From Escherichia phage DCP80, in the sequence record PQ671644.1: a stretch of DNA of 64,000 bases; one strand, 5' to 3'. Position numbers and translations under genes: made by a program. Positions within the stretch are counted from its first letter, which is position 1, and the number at the start of each line of letters is the position of its first letter. The notes under the pieces are model-generated. The model saw only the letters and a program-made list of their open reading frames with translations. It searched no databases and was not told the origin of the DNA. Positions 1 through 9,044 of the stretch are shown here, one piece after another.

Positions 1-1255
1 AGATGTTCATTGCCACTAACTTCTCTGCATAATCGCCATATATTTCACTCGCCTGGAGTTCCTCAATCAACTTCTTACGAGGTTTCCCCTGGATAACAAC
101 CTTACCGTCAATCACTTCTTTAATAAAGAAGACTTTTGCCCGGGCCAGTTTAAATGCTGCTTCAGTTTCTTTAATCTTACTGTCAATTCGCACTTGAACA
201 TAAGTCTTACGGACATCAACGAAATCGCGAATCAGGTCAAGCGTGTTGGTGTATTCAGCCAGCTTGCCTTTGTGATTAAGCACTGTTAAGTTTTGGGAGA
301 GCTTCTCAATCAGACCAAAGTCTTTCATGATTTTCTCATGATTTTCTTCTTCAGTACCATCCAGCTTGTATTCTTTGCGGAATTTAATCTTAAACCCAAA
401 ACCATGCTCGCCGCAGTTATCTTTCCAGGTGATAAAACCTTTCTCTTCCAGCGGGTCCAGGATTTTACTTGTATACTTTTCTAGGTTCCATTGGACCGGG
501 ATTTCAGTAATTTCCATTTGGGTCCTGGAAGTCATTTTGTACGTGCCATGAAGCTCATACTTACCAGGCTCTTCCAGCTCAACCACTTCACCACGGAATT
601 CTGGATATTTTACTTTCGGCGCAACCGGCTCACGACCTTCCACGATAGCTTTAACAGCTTCCTTGACGTCCTGGAACGAATGAGGAAGAATATCAGTAGC
701 GAAGCCAACAGCAATCCCAGAAGTGGCGTTAAGTAATACAGTAGGAATAACAGGAAGATAAAAAGCAGGAGGCTTATGTTCTTCATCAGGATGGACCGGA
801 GCATATTCTGTATCCTTAAACAAGTTATAAAAGTTCTTTGAAACCCGTGCGAATACATAACGAGCTGATGATGCTTCTGGCACCATTCTGGAACCAAAGT
901 TGCCTTGTCCATCAAACATGGGGTATTCATTTTTATATGTTGCGACCAGACCAGAAGTTGCTTCTTCCGCTGATGCTTCACCATGGTGATAACCATAATC
1001 AGCTACGCCGCCGGCGATGGATGCAACTTTATGGAATTTATTCTTATCACCGCGCGCCAGGTCTAATGCTCTCGCCATAACAAATCTGTGAACTGGTTTA
1101 AAACCATCAATCATGTTTGGGATTGCGCGACCTTCCACAGTGTAGATAGCATATGATAATGCTTCCACATCAATAATGTCTTTTAGACTGCGTGGGTTAA
1201 GGGTCCCCATTGAATCACTGAACTGTTTGGACATCATACTTAAAACGTCAGACAT
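1..1255 (-). CDS. 52: DNA topoisomerase II medium subunit gp52 (GyrA-like), C-terminal part lost at window edge
   Basis: Minus-strand frame from ATG at 1255-1253 to position 1 with no stop; absent from ORF track because no stop lies in the window. Translation MSDVLSMMSKQFSD...AIPNMIDGFKPVHRFV...IAGGVADYGYHHGE...YAPVHPDEEHKPPAFYLP matches T4 gp52 as recalled. Confidence 0.85.
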   Translation of the reverse strand, partial: MSDVLSMMSKQFSDSMGTLNPRSLKDIIDVEALSYAIYTVEGRAIPNMIDGFKPVHRFVMARALDLARGDKNKFHKVASIAGGVADYGYHHGEASAEEATSGLVATYKNEYPMFDGQGNFGSRMVPEASSARYVFARVSKNFYNLFKDTEYAPVHPDEEHKPPAFYLPVIPTVLLNATSGIAVGFATDILPHSFQDVKEAVKAIVEGREPVAPKVKYPEFRGEVVELEEPGKYELHGTYKMTSRTQMEITEIPVQWNLEKYTSKILDPLEEKGFITWKDNCGEHGFGFKIKFRKEYKLDGTEEENHEKIMKDFGLIEKLSQNLTVLNHKGKLAEYTNTLDLIRDFVDVRKTYVQVRIDSKIKETEAAFKLARAKVFFIKEVIDGKVVIQGKPRKKLIEELQASEIYGDYAEKLVAMNI

Positions 1256-1396
1256 ATATCACCTTACCAGATTAACGAATGTACTGCCATTATAGCATCA
1301 GAAATAAAAAGCACAACCTGCACTAATGCAAATACAACTCCATAATATAGCGCTACCAATAAGGCAGCAAGGGCTAACGAGTAGCCCAGGATTTTC

Positions 1397-1579
1397 TTAA
1401 TCATTTTTAATCATCTTAAGTAAACCGACAAAAGTAGAAAGAATCCAGCCAATAAACAGAAAACTTAAGAATAGCGGACCAGGGGTCCAGACTCCTAAAA
1501 AGAAGCAGACTGAACAAACCACGGCAATAATAAGTTCGATAAAAGCCAGAATAATCATATTTTCCTCAAGGGCGTCCAA
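1397..1579 (-). CDS. small hydrophobic membrane protein
   Basis: 60-aa ORF, strongly hydrophobic, in the position of the small membrane ORFs upstream of gene 52 in T4-like phages. Confidence 0.35.
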   Translation of the reverse strand: MDALEENMIILAFIELIIAVVCSVCFFLGVWTPGPLFLSFLFIGWILSTFVGLLKMIKND

Positions 1580-1647
1580 AGACGCCAGTTAATTTAAGAT
1601 TATGGCGATGCCATTGCATCACATGTTCATTATGGAAATTACTCATA

Positions 1648-2097
1648 TTAATAACTCTGCAGAATGAATTTAAAGTTATCAGCAAGCATGCGATTCATTT
1701 CTGAAAGGGTCTGGCAATCAGAACTATGTGAGCGAGTGAACGCCATCGCAATTTGACCTTTACCATAACCAGTTGTCAGGGGTTTCATTTTAGAAACTGG
1801 AACAAACAGGACTTCATAGATAACACCATTGTTCGCCATTGTGCGCGACAGTTGCGAACGCTGTTTGCGGATGTGACTTAATACAGTGTCAAACCCTTGT
1901 TGTGAACGTTGGTTACCAACGTAAAAACGTGCAGCAACAATACGTGATTCGCCTTCACCCTTAACTACAAAATAAAAACCTGGTTGAGTGATAGCTTCTT
2001 TAGTTGGACGCCCTGCAACATAATTACCATTATGGATATAAGCAACAGTGGTAGCGCCAGCATTCAGTACGTCACGACGGGTCATGTAAGTATTCAT
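1648..2097 (-). CDS. ndd: nucleoid disruption protein Ndd
   Basis: 149 aa; PGFYFVV...[14 protein letters not shown]...[11 protein letters not shown]...[20 protein letters not shown]...[12 protein letters not shown] closely matches recalled T4 Ndd; synteny between rIIB region and gene 52. Confidence 0.7.
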   Translation of the reverse strand: MNTYMTRRDVLNAGATTVAYIHNGNYVAGRPTKEAITQPGFYFVVKGEGESRIVAARFYVGNQRSQQGFDTVLSHIRKQRSQLSRTMANNGVIYEVLFVPVSKMKPLTTGYGKGQIAMAFTRSHSSDCQTLSEMNRMLADNFKFILQSY

Positions 2098-2140
2098 ATT
2101 AATTTCCTCAGTAAGTTAAAGTTTTGTGCTCCAGTGGGGT

Positions 2141-2170
2141 CATTATACTCTGACCCCAAGAGTATGTACA
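2141..2170 (-). promoter_or_regulatory. early-type promoter with stem-loop around the -10 box
   Basis: Minus-strand TGTACA, 17-nt spacer, TATAAT; GGGTCA/TGACCC inverted repeat flanks the -10 box; lies upstream of ndd. Confidence 0.4.
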
Positions 2171-2515
2171 CTATTTTTGAAGTTGTTCTAAAATAAATCC
2201 GCTGGTGTAAAGGCTTGCATTATACAGGCGGTCAAGAGACAACGAATCCAATCCATAAGCTTCGCGAATTGCATTGATAGCACTCTCATAACTTGTATAA
2301 TAAACATCGCGATAATCGCGGTCCATAGTCATGCGGAACTTAATAAATTTGTAGAAACCAGTTTCAGGGTCCTGATAGAATGCAAATTCTGCAGACATCA
2401 AATTTTTAAGGTTAACAGCTTTTGTACCACCTGAATAACTTAAATCAAATGCTTCTGATACGCTAATCTGTTTAAAGAACATAATGTTGCGATTACCAAA
2501 AAATACTTTAGACAT
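2171..2515 (-). CDS. hypothetical protein
   Basis: 114-aa ORF, same strand and tight spacing as neighbours. Confidence 0.5.
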   Translation of the reverse strand: MSKVFFGNRNIMFFKQISVSEAFDLSYSGGTKAVNLKNLMSAEFAFYQDPETGFYKFIKFRMTMDRDYRDVYYTSYESAINAIREAYGLDSLSLDRLYNASLYTSGFILEQLQK

Positions 2516-2530
2516 AATATTTTCCTCAGC

Positions 2531-2776
2531 TTATTCAGGGTCTACTGCGCCATCCCACAAGTCAACTTCTTCTGATGATTCCATCAGTTCATCAACTGTG
2601 AAGCACTCAGTATTATTTTCAATTGCAAAACGCTTCTGATAAAAAGGATAATCCAAACAGTTTTCAGTGCGCACTGGACGCTCGCTGTTATCCATTAAAG
2701 GCGAAATGCGAATCAGTTGTTGACCATTACCCAGGACAAATTTTTCACCAACTGCAACGTCTTTAAAAAGTTTCAT
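2531..2776 (-). CDS. hypothetical protein
   Basis: 81-aa ORF with ATGA stop/start overlap to upstream ORF. Confidence 0.45.
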   Translation of the reverse strand: MKLFKDVAVGEKFVLGNGQQLIRISPLMDNSERPVRTENCLDYPFYQKRFAIENNTECFTVDELMESSEEVDLWDGAVDPE

Positions 2777-2979
2777 TGCTTAGCTCCATTCCAAATTACA
2801 TCAACAACAGACTTCAAACCATTATCCTGGATTTGTGTGAATACTTCAGCAGCAATCCAGACCTGGAAACCAATCATTGCAATGGCACCAATGAAAATCA
2901 GGATAATCATTGCCACAATAAACTTGAACATAAAGTCAAAGCGACGATTGGATTTCTGAAAGTGTGAATTGTAATTCAT
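2773..2979 (-). CDS. small membrane protein
   Basis: Likely start MNYNSHF at 2979 preceded by GAGGA; hydrophobic core; homolog in second copy at 17644-17790. Confidence 0.45.
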   Translation of the reverse strand: MNYNSHFQKSNRRFDFMFKFIVAMIILIFIGAIAMIGFQVWIAAEVFTQIQDNGLKSVVDVIWNGAKQ

Positions 2980-3251
2980 AATATTATCCTCAAAAGAAAT
3001 AGTTAAAGTAAACACGTACATGGTCAATCATAAAAATAATTGGGAAAATGCTCAGGACAACAAACAATACAAACATGTTCCAAATGGCTTTAAGTAACTT
3101 TTTCATAATCATCTCCAGTAGTTGATAGGTTCATTATACTACAACCACCGGAGATGTACACTCTTTTATGCAAGTTTCATTAATAATAAACTAAAACAAA
3201 CGCAAATTACTGGAATACACAACATCCAGATAAGACACCAGGTTTTGCTGC

Positions 3252-3518
3252 TCAAAATATCACCTCTTTTATTTCAATCAGACCCCTGTGCAATGCGGTG
3301 CGAAGGTCATAAAGAATATCTATGCCATCAACATTATCCAGTTTTCCATCAATAAGCTTTTTTAAATCATGCTTTGATGCAACTAGCGGGCGAAGAAATT
3401 TACATTCAGAAAGAGACAATTCTGTAGTAATATCATCACCATCACCTGACGCATCATACATGGCAGCAACAACCATACCTGTAACTTTGTGCTTGGCGTA
3501 ATATAATTTAATATCCAT
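3252..3518 (-). CDS. hypothetical protein, YYxKHKVTG family
   Basis: 88 aa from MDIKLYYAKHKVTG with GGAAAACAGA RBS; track ORF extends upstream in frame; homolog in second copy at 16949-17215. Confidence 0.5.
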   Translation of the reverse strand: MDIKLYYAKHKVTGMVVAAMYDASGDGDDITTELSLSECKFLRPLVASKHDLKKLIDGKLDNVDGIDILYDLRTALHRGLIEIKEVIF

Positions 3519-3528
3519 TCTGTTTTCC

Positions 3529-3684
3529 TCACGCATAACGATTGTATGTATTTTTACGACAAGCGTAAAATTGACGCTCAGTAACTGCAAAACTTTTTCC
3601 GCGTTGTTGCATTAATTTAAAAAATTCAGTAATATCGCCATTAACTTCAAGGTATAAAGTCATTGCATATTGAGCAGGTTTCAT
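3529..3684 (-). CDS. small hypothetical protein (copy-1-specific)
   Basis: 51-aa ORF MKPAQYAMTLYLEVNGD... translated by eye; below track threshold; the second copy carries a different gene here. Confidence 0.3.
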   Translation of the reverse strand: MKPAQYAMTLYLEVNGDITEFFKLMQQRGKSFAVTERQFYACRKNTYNRYA

Positions 3685-3704
3685 TTTATTCTCCAGTCTG
3701 TTTG

Positions 3705-3760
3705 GTAACTCAGTATGGAATCATTATGCACTGACTCCATACTGATGTACACTACTTTTT
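3705..3760 (-). promoter_or_regulatory. early promoter / stem-loop cassette (PeSL-like)
   Basis: Minus strand aaaaGTAGTGTACA, 17 nt, CATAATG, with CAGTATGGA/TCCATACTG inverted repeat flanking the -10; repeated elsewhere in the window. Confidence 0.45.
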
Positions 3761-3762
3761 AA

Positions 3763-4038
3763 TTAATTGTGCATTTGTTCTTTAACTTCTTTATATGCGC
3801 CAACTGCATTCACGACCCCAGTAAAATCTGCAGTCCCACGATAGAGATAGAAAGCAATTTCAGTCAGGTGGTAGACTTCAAATTCTGAAAGATAAACGAT
3901 AACGTCATAATATGCAACTTGACCCTGGACTTCGTTGAATGCCACATCAAAAATTTCATGGGTTGGAAAATTGATGTTGTTGTTTTTGAGTGCTTGGATA
4001 AGAATTTGTTTGATGTTGTGAGTAGTAACGTGTTCCAT
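3763..4038 (-). CDS. hypothetical protein
   Basis: Probable start MEHVTTHN at 4038 with AAGGA RBS; track ORF 3763-4128 extends into upstream gene. Confidence 0.45.
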   Translation of the reverse strand: MEHVTTHNIKQILIQALKNNNINFPTHEIFDVAFNEVQGQVAYYDVIVYLSEFEVYHLTEIAFYLYRGTADFTGVVNAVGAYKEVKEQMHN

Positions 4039-4085
4039 GATAATGTCCTCATTTGTTGGTATGAGGACATTATTACACGGTTGGT

Positions 4086-4679
4086 TCAGCTTGTAAACCG
4101 GTGATAGGGAAATTTTTCTTCTGAACAAGAACGGAGGTACCAGCCATCCCCTTGTGACTTCTGCACAAGACCAGACTCAGGAACGAAAGCACCAGGCCCA
4201 GCAAGGAATTTTGGTTTAAATCTATAACCTTTGAGAGTCTCTTTTACATCGAGCATAATCATAAGGTCAGCAAGCTTGTGCTGCATAAAAGGACCAAGAT
4301 TAATCCCGTAACCATGCGGATAATCGCCCTGGTGGCCAGTGTGTACGGATATCCATTTGGAACCAGACTGGTGGGTCTTGACTTCGATTCTTACCCCTTC
4401 CTTCGAAACTACATCAAATGCAAAGGAATAAGGATTATCGTAATCTTCGTCGCCGCCACATAAAAAACCAGAAGTCCATTTAGCAATAGCTTGTTCAGCC
4501 ATTGTAGCAACCATGCATCTTTGCATGACTTGCTCACGGTCCTGACCTGGGTCTTTACGCAATGAATACCGGGTAGTGTCTACAATCTTCTGCAGGGATT
4601 CGGGGTTTAAGTCTTCCTTTGTATAAAGAAAGGAGGGCATCTTTTTCAGATGCTCCCAGGTTTTACTCTTCTGAATCAT
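4086..4679 (-). CDS. hypothetical protein (197 aa) in the denB/ndd-region position
   Basis: Long ORF, same-strand synteny; identity with a named T4 protein not established. Confidence 0.55.
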   Translation of the reverse strand: MIQKSKTWEHLKKMPSFLYTKEDLNPESLQKIVDTTRYSLRKDPGQDREQVMQRCMVATMAEQAIAKWTSGFLCGGDEDYDNPYSFAFDVVSKEGVRIEVKTHQSGSKWISVHTGHQGDYPHGYGINLGPFMQHKLADLMIMLDVKETLKGYRFKPKFLAGPGAFVPESGLVQKSQGDGWYLRSCSEEKFPYHRFTS

Positions 4680-4932
4680 TTACGACCTCATCGATACCGA
4701 CGATTCCACGGATGTGAAGCTCACCATAATACAAACGGTCATTAGCATCAAATGTATCAGAATCCGGGTCAGGGAATTCCCCAACAACTACTTCATCACA
4801 TTCCAACCAACCATAGTGAACATCACCTTCATGCTTGATGAGCTTACCGCAGTAAACTATTCCTGCATAATGATGACCCCGGAGATTTGAAACTTTGATG
4901 TCACGGTCTGACACATTGAAATGCTTAATCAT
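4663..4932 (-). CDS. hypothetical protein
   Basis: 89-aa ORF, overlapping stop/start with neighbours. Confidence 0.5.
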   Translation of the reverse strand: MIKHFNVSDRDIKVSNLRGHHYAGIVYCGKLIKHEGDVHYGWLECDEVVVGEFPDPDSDTFDANDRLYYGELHIRGIVGIDEVVNDSEE

Positions 4933-4935
4933 AAT

Positions 4936-5133
4936 TTATTCACCAAAATAAGAGATACGAGTTGCCAGTACATGAGCATAAGCGCCCATCGCGTCTAACT
5001 GTGCAATCAAAAGACCTTGTTGACGAGCATCGAGAGTTTCAAAAACACCGCCCTTAATAAATTCTTCAAGAGCATTGATTTTCAAAACCAGCTGGTCATG
5101 TTCTTCAACTACACGTGCTTGGAAACCTAACAT
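4936..5133 (-). CDS. hypothetical protein
   Basis: 65-aa ORF with GAGG RBS; homolog in second copy at 15231-15440. Confidence 0.5.
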   Translation of the reverse strand: MLGFQARVVEEHDQLVLKINALEEFIKGGVFETLDARQQGLLIAQLDAMGAYAHVLATRISYFGE

Positions 5134-5146
5134 AAAGCCTCATTAG

Positions 5147-5160
5147 GGGCCGAAGCCCCG
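5147..5160 (-). promoter_or_regulatory. C(UUCG)G tetraloop RNA hairpin downstream of rIIB
   Basis: GGGGC-TTCG-GCCCC on the coding strand; no U-run, so a structural or processing element rather than a clear terminator. Confidence 0.4.
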
Positions 5161-5166
5161 ATTAAT

Positions 5167-6141
5167 TTAGAATTGTTCAGTTACATCATCAAGGACCAGG
5201 TAACCACAGACCCTCATCTTACTATCACCATAATCCACCGGGATACTTACAACATCACGCGGGTGAACTTTACAGGATACGATGCGTCCATCACCATGAC
5301 CAAAACCACTTCCAATATAACCTTTAGAGCAAACATGCAACCCAGTTGAACAAGTTTGTTCGTCATTATCGTTCACACGAGAGCGCGGCATTTTAACATA
5401 TTGACCAGGGCTGTTGTCGAATGTATTTGAGTGACAATCTTTGTAAGTTGCACGAACCATTTTCCATGCGATGAAATGACCGTCTTCGGTGATTTCGATA
5501 TCGTTCGCAACCAGGAAGTCAAACAAACGCTGTACGGCTTTCTCACTCGGGTTCTCAAGGAGATTCTCAAGGAACGGCAGATAGAATTCAAAGTCTTCGC
5601 CATTTTGCATTGAATCAATGATACGAGTAACCAGGCCAGAGCGTAGTTCAATTCCCTGATAGAACAGACTACCACCTTCAATACGCACATCGCCTTTCAC
5701 ATATTTTTGTACTGCAGCTTTGATTGAGATAAACTCGATAGCATCATCAAAACGAGATTCAATCAATGCCTGAATAATATCATTAAAGTGTTTATGGTCT
5801 TTTGTGGCGTTCCAGACTGTGCGACCTTCAGTGATGGAAACGAATTTGCTTGATGCGTTCCATACGATTTCTGGGCGGCTACCGCCGATTGTATCTTCAA
5901 CGACCGGAACTTCAACCATTACTGTCACCGGAGCATTAATCGCCACACCAACAGCTGCTTTCAGTGATGCAGAAATGGTTTTAGATAATTTTGATTCTTT
6001 ATCATTTTTCAAAACACGGCGAATGGTGTCAACCGATACACCGAAATTATCTGCTAGTTCCTGTTGGGTATAATTACCAGTTTTATAAAGAGAAACTACC
6101 TGGTTTTGGTCAAATTTGGATAAAGCTTTAATATTAAACAT
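5167..6141 (-). CDS. rIIB: rIIB protein
   Basis: 324 aa; GNYTQQELA...VSVDTIRRVLKN...DVRIEGGSLFYQGIELRSGLV...FYLPFLENLLENPS...LFDFLVANDIEITEDG...QYVKMPRSRVNDNDEQTCSTGLHVCSKGYIGSGFGHGDGRIVSCKVHPRDVVSIPVDY matches recalled T4 rIIB; immediately downstream of rIIA. Confidence 0.85.
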   Translation of the reverse strand: MFNIKALSKFDQNQVVSLYKTGNYTQQELADNFGVSVDTIRRVLKNDKESKLSKTISASLKAAVGVAINAPVTVMVEVPVVEDTIGGSRPEIVWNASSKFVSITEGRTVWNATKDHKHFNDIIQALIESRFDDAIEFISIKAAVQKYVKGDVRIEGGSLFYQGIELRSGLVTRIIDSMQNGEDFEFYLPFLENLLENPSEKAVQRLFDFLVANDIEITEDGHFIAWKMVRATYKDCHSNTFDNSPGQYVKMPRSRVNDNDEQTCSTGLHVCSKGYIGSGFGHGDGRIVSCKVHPRDVVSIPVDYGDSKMRVCGYLVLDDVTEQF

Positions 6142-6142
6142 A

Positions 6143-8377
6143 TTATTCCTTATTGGCCGCTTCCACGGCCTTCATGATTTGAGCAACGTTCTGTACTTGT
6201 TCAGTTGACATAGCGTTACGGTTATATAAAAAGTGTGAAACAATCGGGTGATTCTTTTCAAATTCAAAAACCATTTTATCGCTTGTTACCGAAGCGTTTT
6301 TGGTCAGGTCGTCATAAATCTTATTACAAAGGACCAGCGTTTCCTGCATGGTCTTATCAACCGTTCCACTGTTATATGCGTTATAAGCAAAGAACTTATT
6401 GAACTGCATTAGTTCGGCATAGTCAGTATTCACATCTTTCTGAACATCTTTTGCATAAAAATACTTGAACATAAAATTCAGTTCTGCATATTCAGACAGG
6501 ATAGGAATATAATAACGCGAACGGCTTGAAGCGGCAATGTACTGGTCTGCATCAACCGCATCAATCAATTCCACATAACGATTGACTGCAGCTTCAATCA
6601 GACAATCGCACTGCGCCAGCTTGGTAACCTTTTTCTGAAGCTGTGGACGAATAACACAGAATTCATTGATTTCCAACAGATTCGCCAGTTTGCACAATGT
6701 CTGGGTCCCGAAGGTCGTGGTGCCATATTCTTGATTCAACGGGGAAATGCTACTGCGGTTAATGAATACAGCATAACCATCGATTTCCTCTGCATCAGCT
6801 GCACATGTAAATTCTTCAACAGACTGCCAGCGACCATTGGTTTTAGTCCAACGAATCAATGATGGAGTCTTTGACTTAATGCGCGCTTTCGGGTCAGCAA
6901 CCGGAATCCAGTCTTTTACAAGGGCAGTCAGTTCAGACGTACGATAGATATTAACCGTATCGCCTTCAAATCGTTCCTGGAGTTGAACCATCAACCGTGT
7001 CTGAATTTCGCTGGTCGGGTCAACAAACAGTAAACTACTACCCTGACGAGTCGGGACTTTACCAGATGCAATAAGCTTTTTAGCTTTTGCGCTGGTATCA
7101 TACAACATTGAACTGATACCACGAATCATCGCAATTCGCCCTTTAACATCGTCAATAACAATGTTCAAGGTATCATTCTGAATACCAAACATGCTCGTCA
7201 GACTTGCCGTGTTCGAGCTTGAGCTTGAGTTGCGCAGACGTTTCAGACGAGTGTCACGATAGATATCATAGACAACCCCGGCATTAATAAGGTCTTTGTC
7301 CAGCTCGAACATTTCGTACATCTGGTTAAAGGTCAATTGTGATTTCGTAAATTTCGTTTCAGCATTACGAGCTTTCAGAAAATTACGAGCTTCATAATTC
7401 AGATTCTGCAATTCGCGATATGTATGGCGAAGACATTCTGATTCCTGCCATTTCTTACAATCGTCTTCCATGACTTTCTTATCAAGGGCTTCAATACGTT
7501 CAACGATATTTGCGACCGTACGTTTGTCCAGTGATAACGCTTCGCGAGAAGGTGCAATATCCAACGAACCCATCGGGAACTTAATAAAGACAACATCATT
7601 TTTGGCAGTCATCCAGGTTTTCTTGGTGTAACCATCACCAATCGGATAAACAATTCCGCCATAAATTGCATAAAGTCCATAACGTTCTGGACTGCTATAA
7701 TTAATACGCGCTGGAGCATAGTAATCATCAAATTCCGGGAAGTATTCAATTTCGCCAGCGCCTTGCACTTCAGCCAGCCCAGCAAATGGACGCATGATAT
7801 ACGCAATCTCGTAGCGGAACTTACCAAAATCATTACTATCAACCGGGACAACAACTTCAATCCCTGTGCGGTCACCAGGTTTCATTGGTTCACTAAAGGT
7901 TGGCTTAATCTGTGGACCATCGCCGTCCATATAAGCGACATATCCATTAACTTGACCATCATGATATGAAATCAGGCTAAACGTCTCGGTATAACTGAAC
8001 GGAGATTTAGAACCCAGACCAAAGCCACCAATAAAATCGTTGGATTCGGCCTTGGATGATGCAAAGAAACTGTTATACAGACCTGGAGTATTTTCATCAC
8101 CACGAATCTGGAAATCACTCATACCCGGACCAAAGTCACGACATACAAAACGTGGGTCCAGTTCACCAGGAGCTTGCACAATGAATTTATCCTGACATCC
8201 ATTGAGCATATGAGCATCAATCATATTGGTAATCAGCTCACGAACAACCGCGCGCACCTTGTTTGTATAAAGGTCGCTGGTCAGAATCTTAAACACCTTT
8301 GGAGATGCCTGGATTGTGAATGCTGATGCCTTGGCACCATTACCAAGGATTGTTTCCTTTTCAGTTTCTAAAATCAT
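6143..8377 (-). CDS. rIIA: rIIA protein
   Basis: 744 aa; N-terminus ETEKETILGNG...SPKVFKILTSDLYTNKVRAVVRELITNMIDAH...DPRFVCRDFGPGMSDF...FIGGFGLGSKSPFSYT matches recalled T4 rIIA. Confidence 0.9.
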   Translation of the reverse strand: MILETEKETILGNGAKASAFTIQASPKVFKILTSDLYTNKVRAVVRELITNMIDAHMLNGCQDKFIVQAPGELDPRFVCRDFGPGMSDFQIRGDENTPGLYNSFFASSKAESNDFIGGFGLGSKSPFSYTETFSLISYHDGQVNGYVAYMDGDGPQIKPTFSEPMKPGDRTGIEVVVPVDSNDFGKFRYEIAYIMRPFAGLAEVQGAGEIEYFPEFDDYYAPARINYSSPERYGLYAIYGGIVYPIGDGYTKKTWMTAKNDVVFIKFPMGSLDIAPSREALSLDKRTVANIVERIEALDKKVMEDDCKKWQESECLRHTYRELQNLNYEARNFLKARNAETKFTKSQLTFNQMYEMFELDKDLINAGVVYDIYRDTRLKRLRNSSSSSNTASLTSMFGIQNDTLNIVIDDVKGRIAMIRGISSMLYDTSAKAKKLIASGKVPTRQGSSLLFVDPTSEIQTRLMVQLQERFEGDTVNIYRTSELTALVKDWIPVADPKARIKSKTPSLIRWTKTNGRWQSVEEFTCAADAEEIDGYAVFINRSSISPLNQEYGTTTFGTQTLCKLANLLEINEFCVIRPQLQKKVTKLAQCDCLIEAAVNRYVELIDAVDADQYIAASSRSRYYIPILSEYAELNFMFKYFYAKDVQKDVNTDYAELMQFNKFFAYNAYNSGTVDKTMQETLVLCNKIYDDLTKNASVTSDKMVFEFEKNHPIVSHFLYNRNAMSTEQVQNVAQIMKAVEAANKE

Positions 8378-8384
8378 GTTTTTC

Positions 8385-8594
8385 TCACTTTATGTTACGT
8401 TTGATTAATTCTGCAACTTCAAGAAGTTCATCCTTTGTTGCGGTGTCTGAAGCTATTTTAATACGGATTTCTTTGAAGCGTTCTTTAAACTCTTCAGCTT
8501 CTCTTATATCAAAAAAACGTTGGATAACACGGTATTCTTTATGGATAGCCTTATCAAACAGTTCCATATTAACTTTGAAGTTCGTCATTTCCAA
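8385..8594 (-). CDS. hypothetical protein
   Basis: 69-aa ORF between gene 39 region and rIIA; conserved in second copy. Confidence 0.5.
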   Translation of the reverse strand: MEMTNFKVNMELFDKAIHKEYRVIQRFFDIREAEEFKERFKEIRIKIASDTATKDELLEVAELIKRNIK

Positions 8595-8853
8595 TCTCCT
8601 GTAATATTTTTCTCATACTACGCATGGTAGCTTTATGTTCTTGGTCATGGTATATCAATGCAAGGAGTGCTTCAATTCGCTCCTCAGGGACCTTCTGGCC
8701 AGCCTTAATTCTCATGGCTGATGTTCTTACAGCTAACAAGTAACTTCGCTTCCTGTCGTTATCTGGGAGCCCCTGCACTTTCCTCAGACCTGCTTCCATA
8801 ATACACCGTGCGACATTTTGCAGATTAACTAAACTTCCGTCAGACATAATCAT
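8569..8853 (-). CDS. hypothetical protein
   Basis: 94-aa ORF; conserved in second copy at 11065-11349. Confidence 0.5.
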   Translation of the reverse strand: MIMSDGSLVNLQNVARCIMEAGLRKVQGLPDNDRKRSYLLAVRTSAMRIKAGQKVPEERIEALLALIYHDQEHKATMRSMRKILQEIGNDELQS

Positions 8854-8900
8854 ATTTTCACCTCAAAGACATCTTAACACACTTTTTGTGGCTTGTACAT

Positions 8901-8926
8901 AATAAAAAGGTCTCCCGAAGGAGACC
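8901..8926 (-). terminator. rho-independent terminator with UUCG tetraloop
   Basis: Minus strand GGTCTCC-TTCG-GGAGACC followed by TTTTTATT. Confidence 0.6.
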
Positions 8927-8936
8927 AAATTTTATT

Positions 8937-8993
8937 CTACTTTATAGACTTGACCATACGCCATGAAAGTTTCACCTTCCCAGGTTTCGCACG
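8937..8993 (-). CDS. 3' end of small ORF downstream of gene 39 (cut by gap)
   Basis: Encodes ...CETWEGETFMAYGQVYKVE, identical to the end of the ORF at 10842-10986. Confidence 0.4.
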   Translation of the reverse strand, partial: RAKPGKVKLSWRMVKSIK

Positions 8994-9040
8994 NNNNNNN
9001 NNNNNNNNNNNNNNNNNNNNNNNNNNNNNNNNNNNNNNNN
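8994..9040. other. assembly gap (N-run); junction between inverted homologous blocks
   Basis: 47 Ns; flanking sequence truncates gene 39 and its downstream ORF. Confidence 0.95.
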
Positions 9041-9044
9041 ATTC

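Noticed and set aside
4086-4679. Calling the 197-aa ORF (and its copy at 15697-16290) endonuclease IV DenB
   Set aside because: Position between rIIB and ndd fits, but I could not recall DenB sequence well enough to confirm and no nuclease motif is evident. Left as hypothetical.
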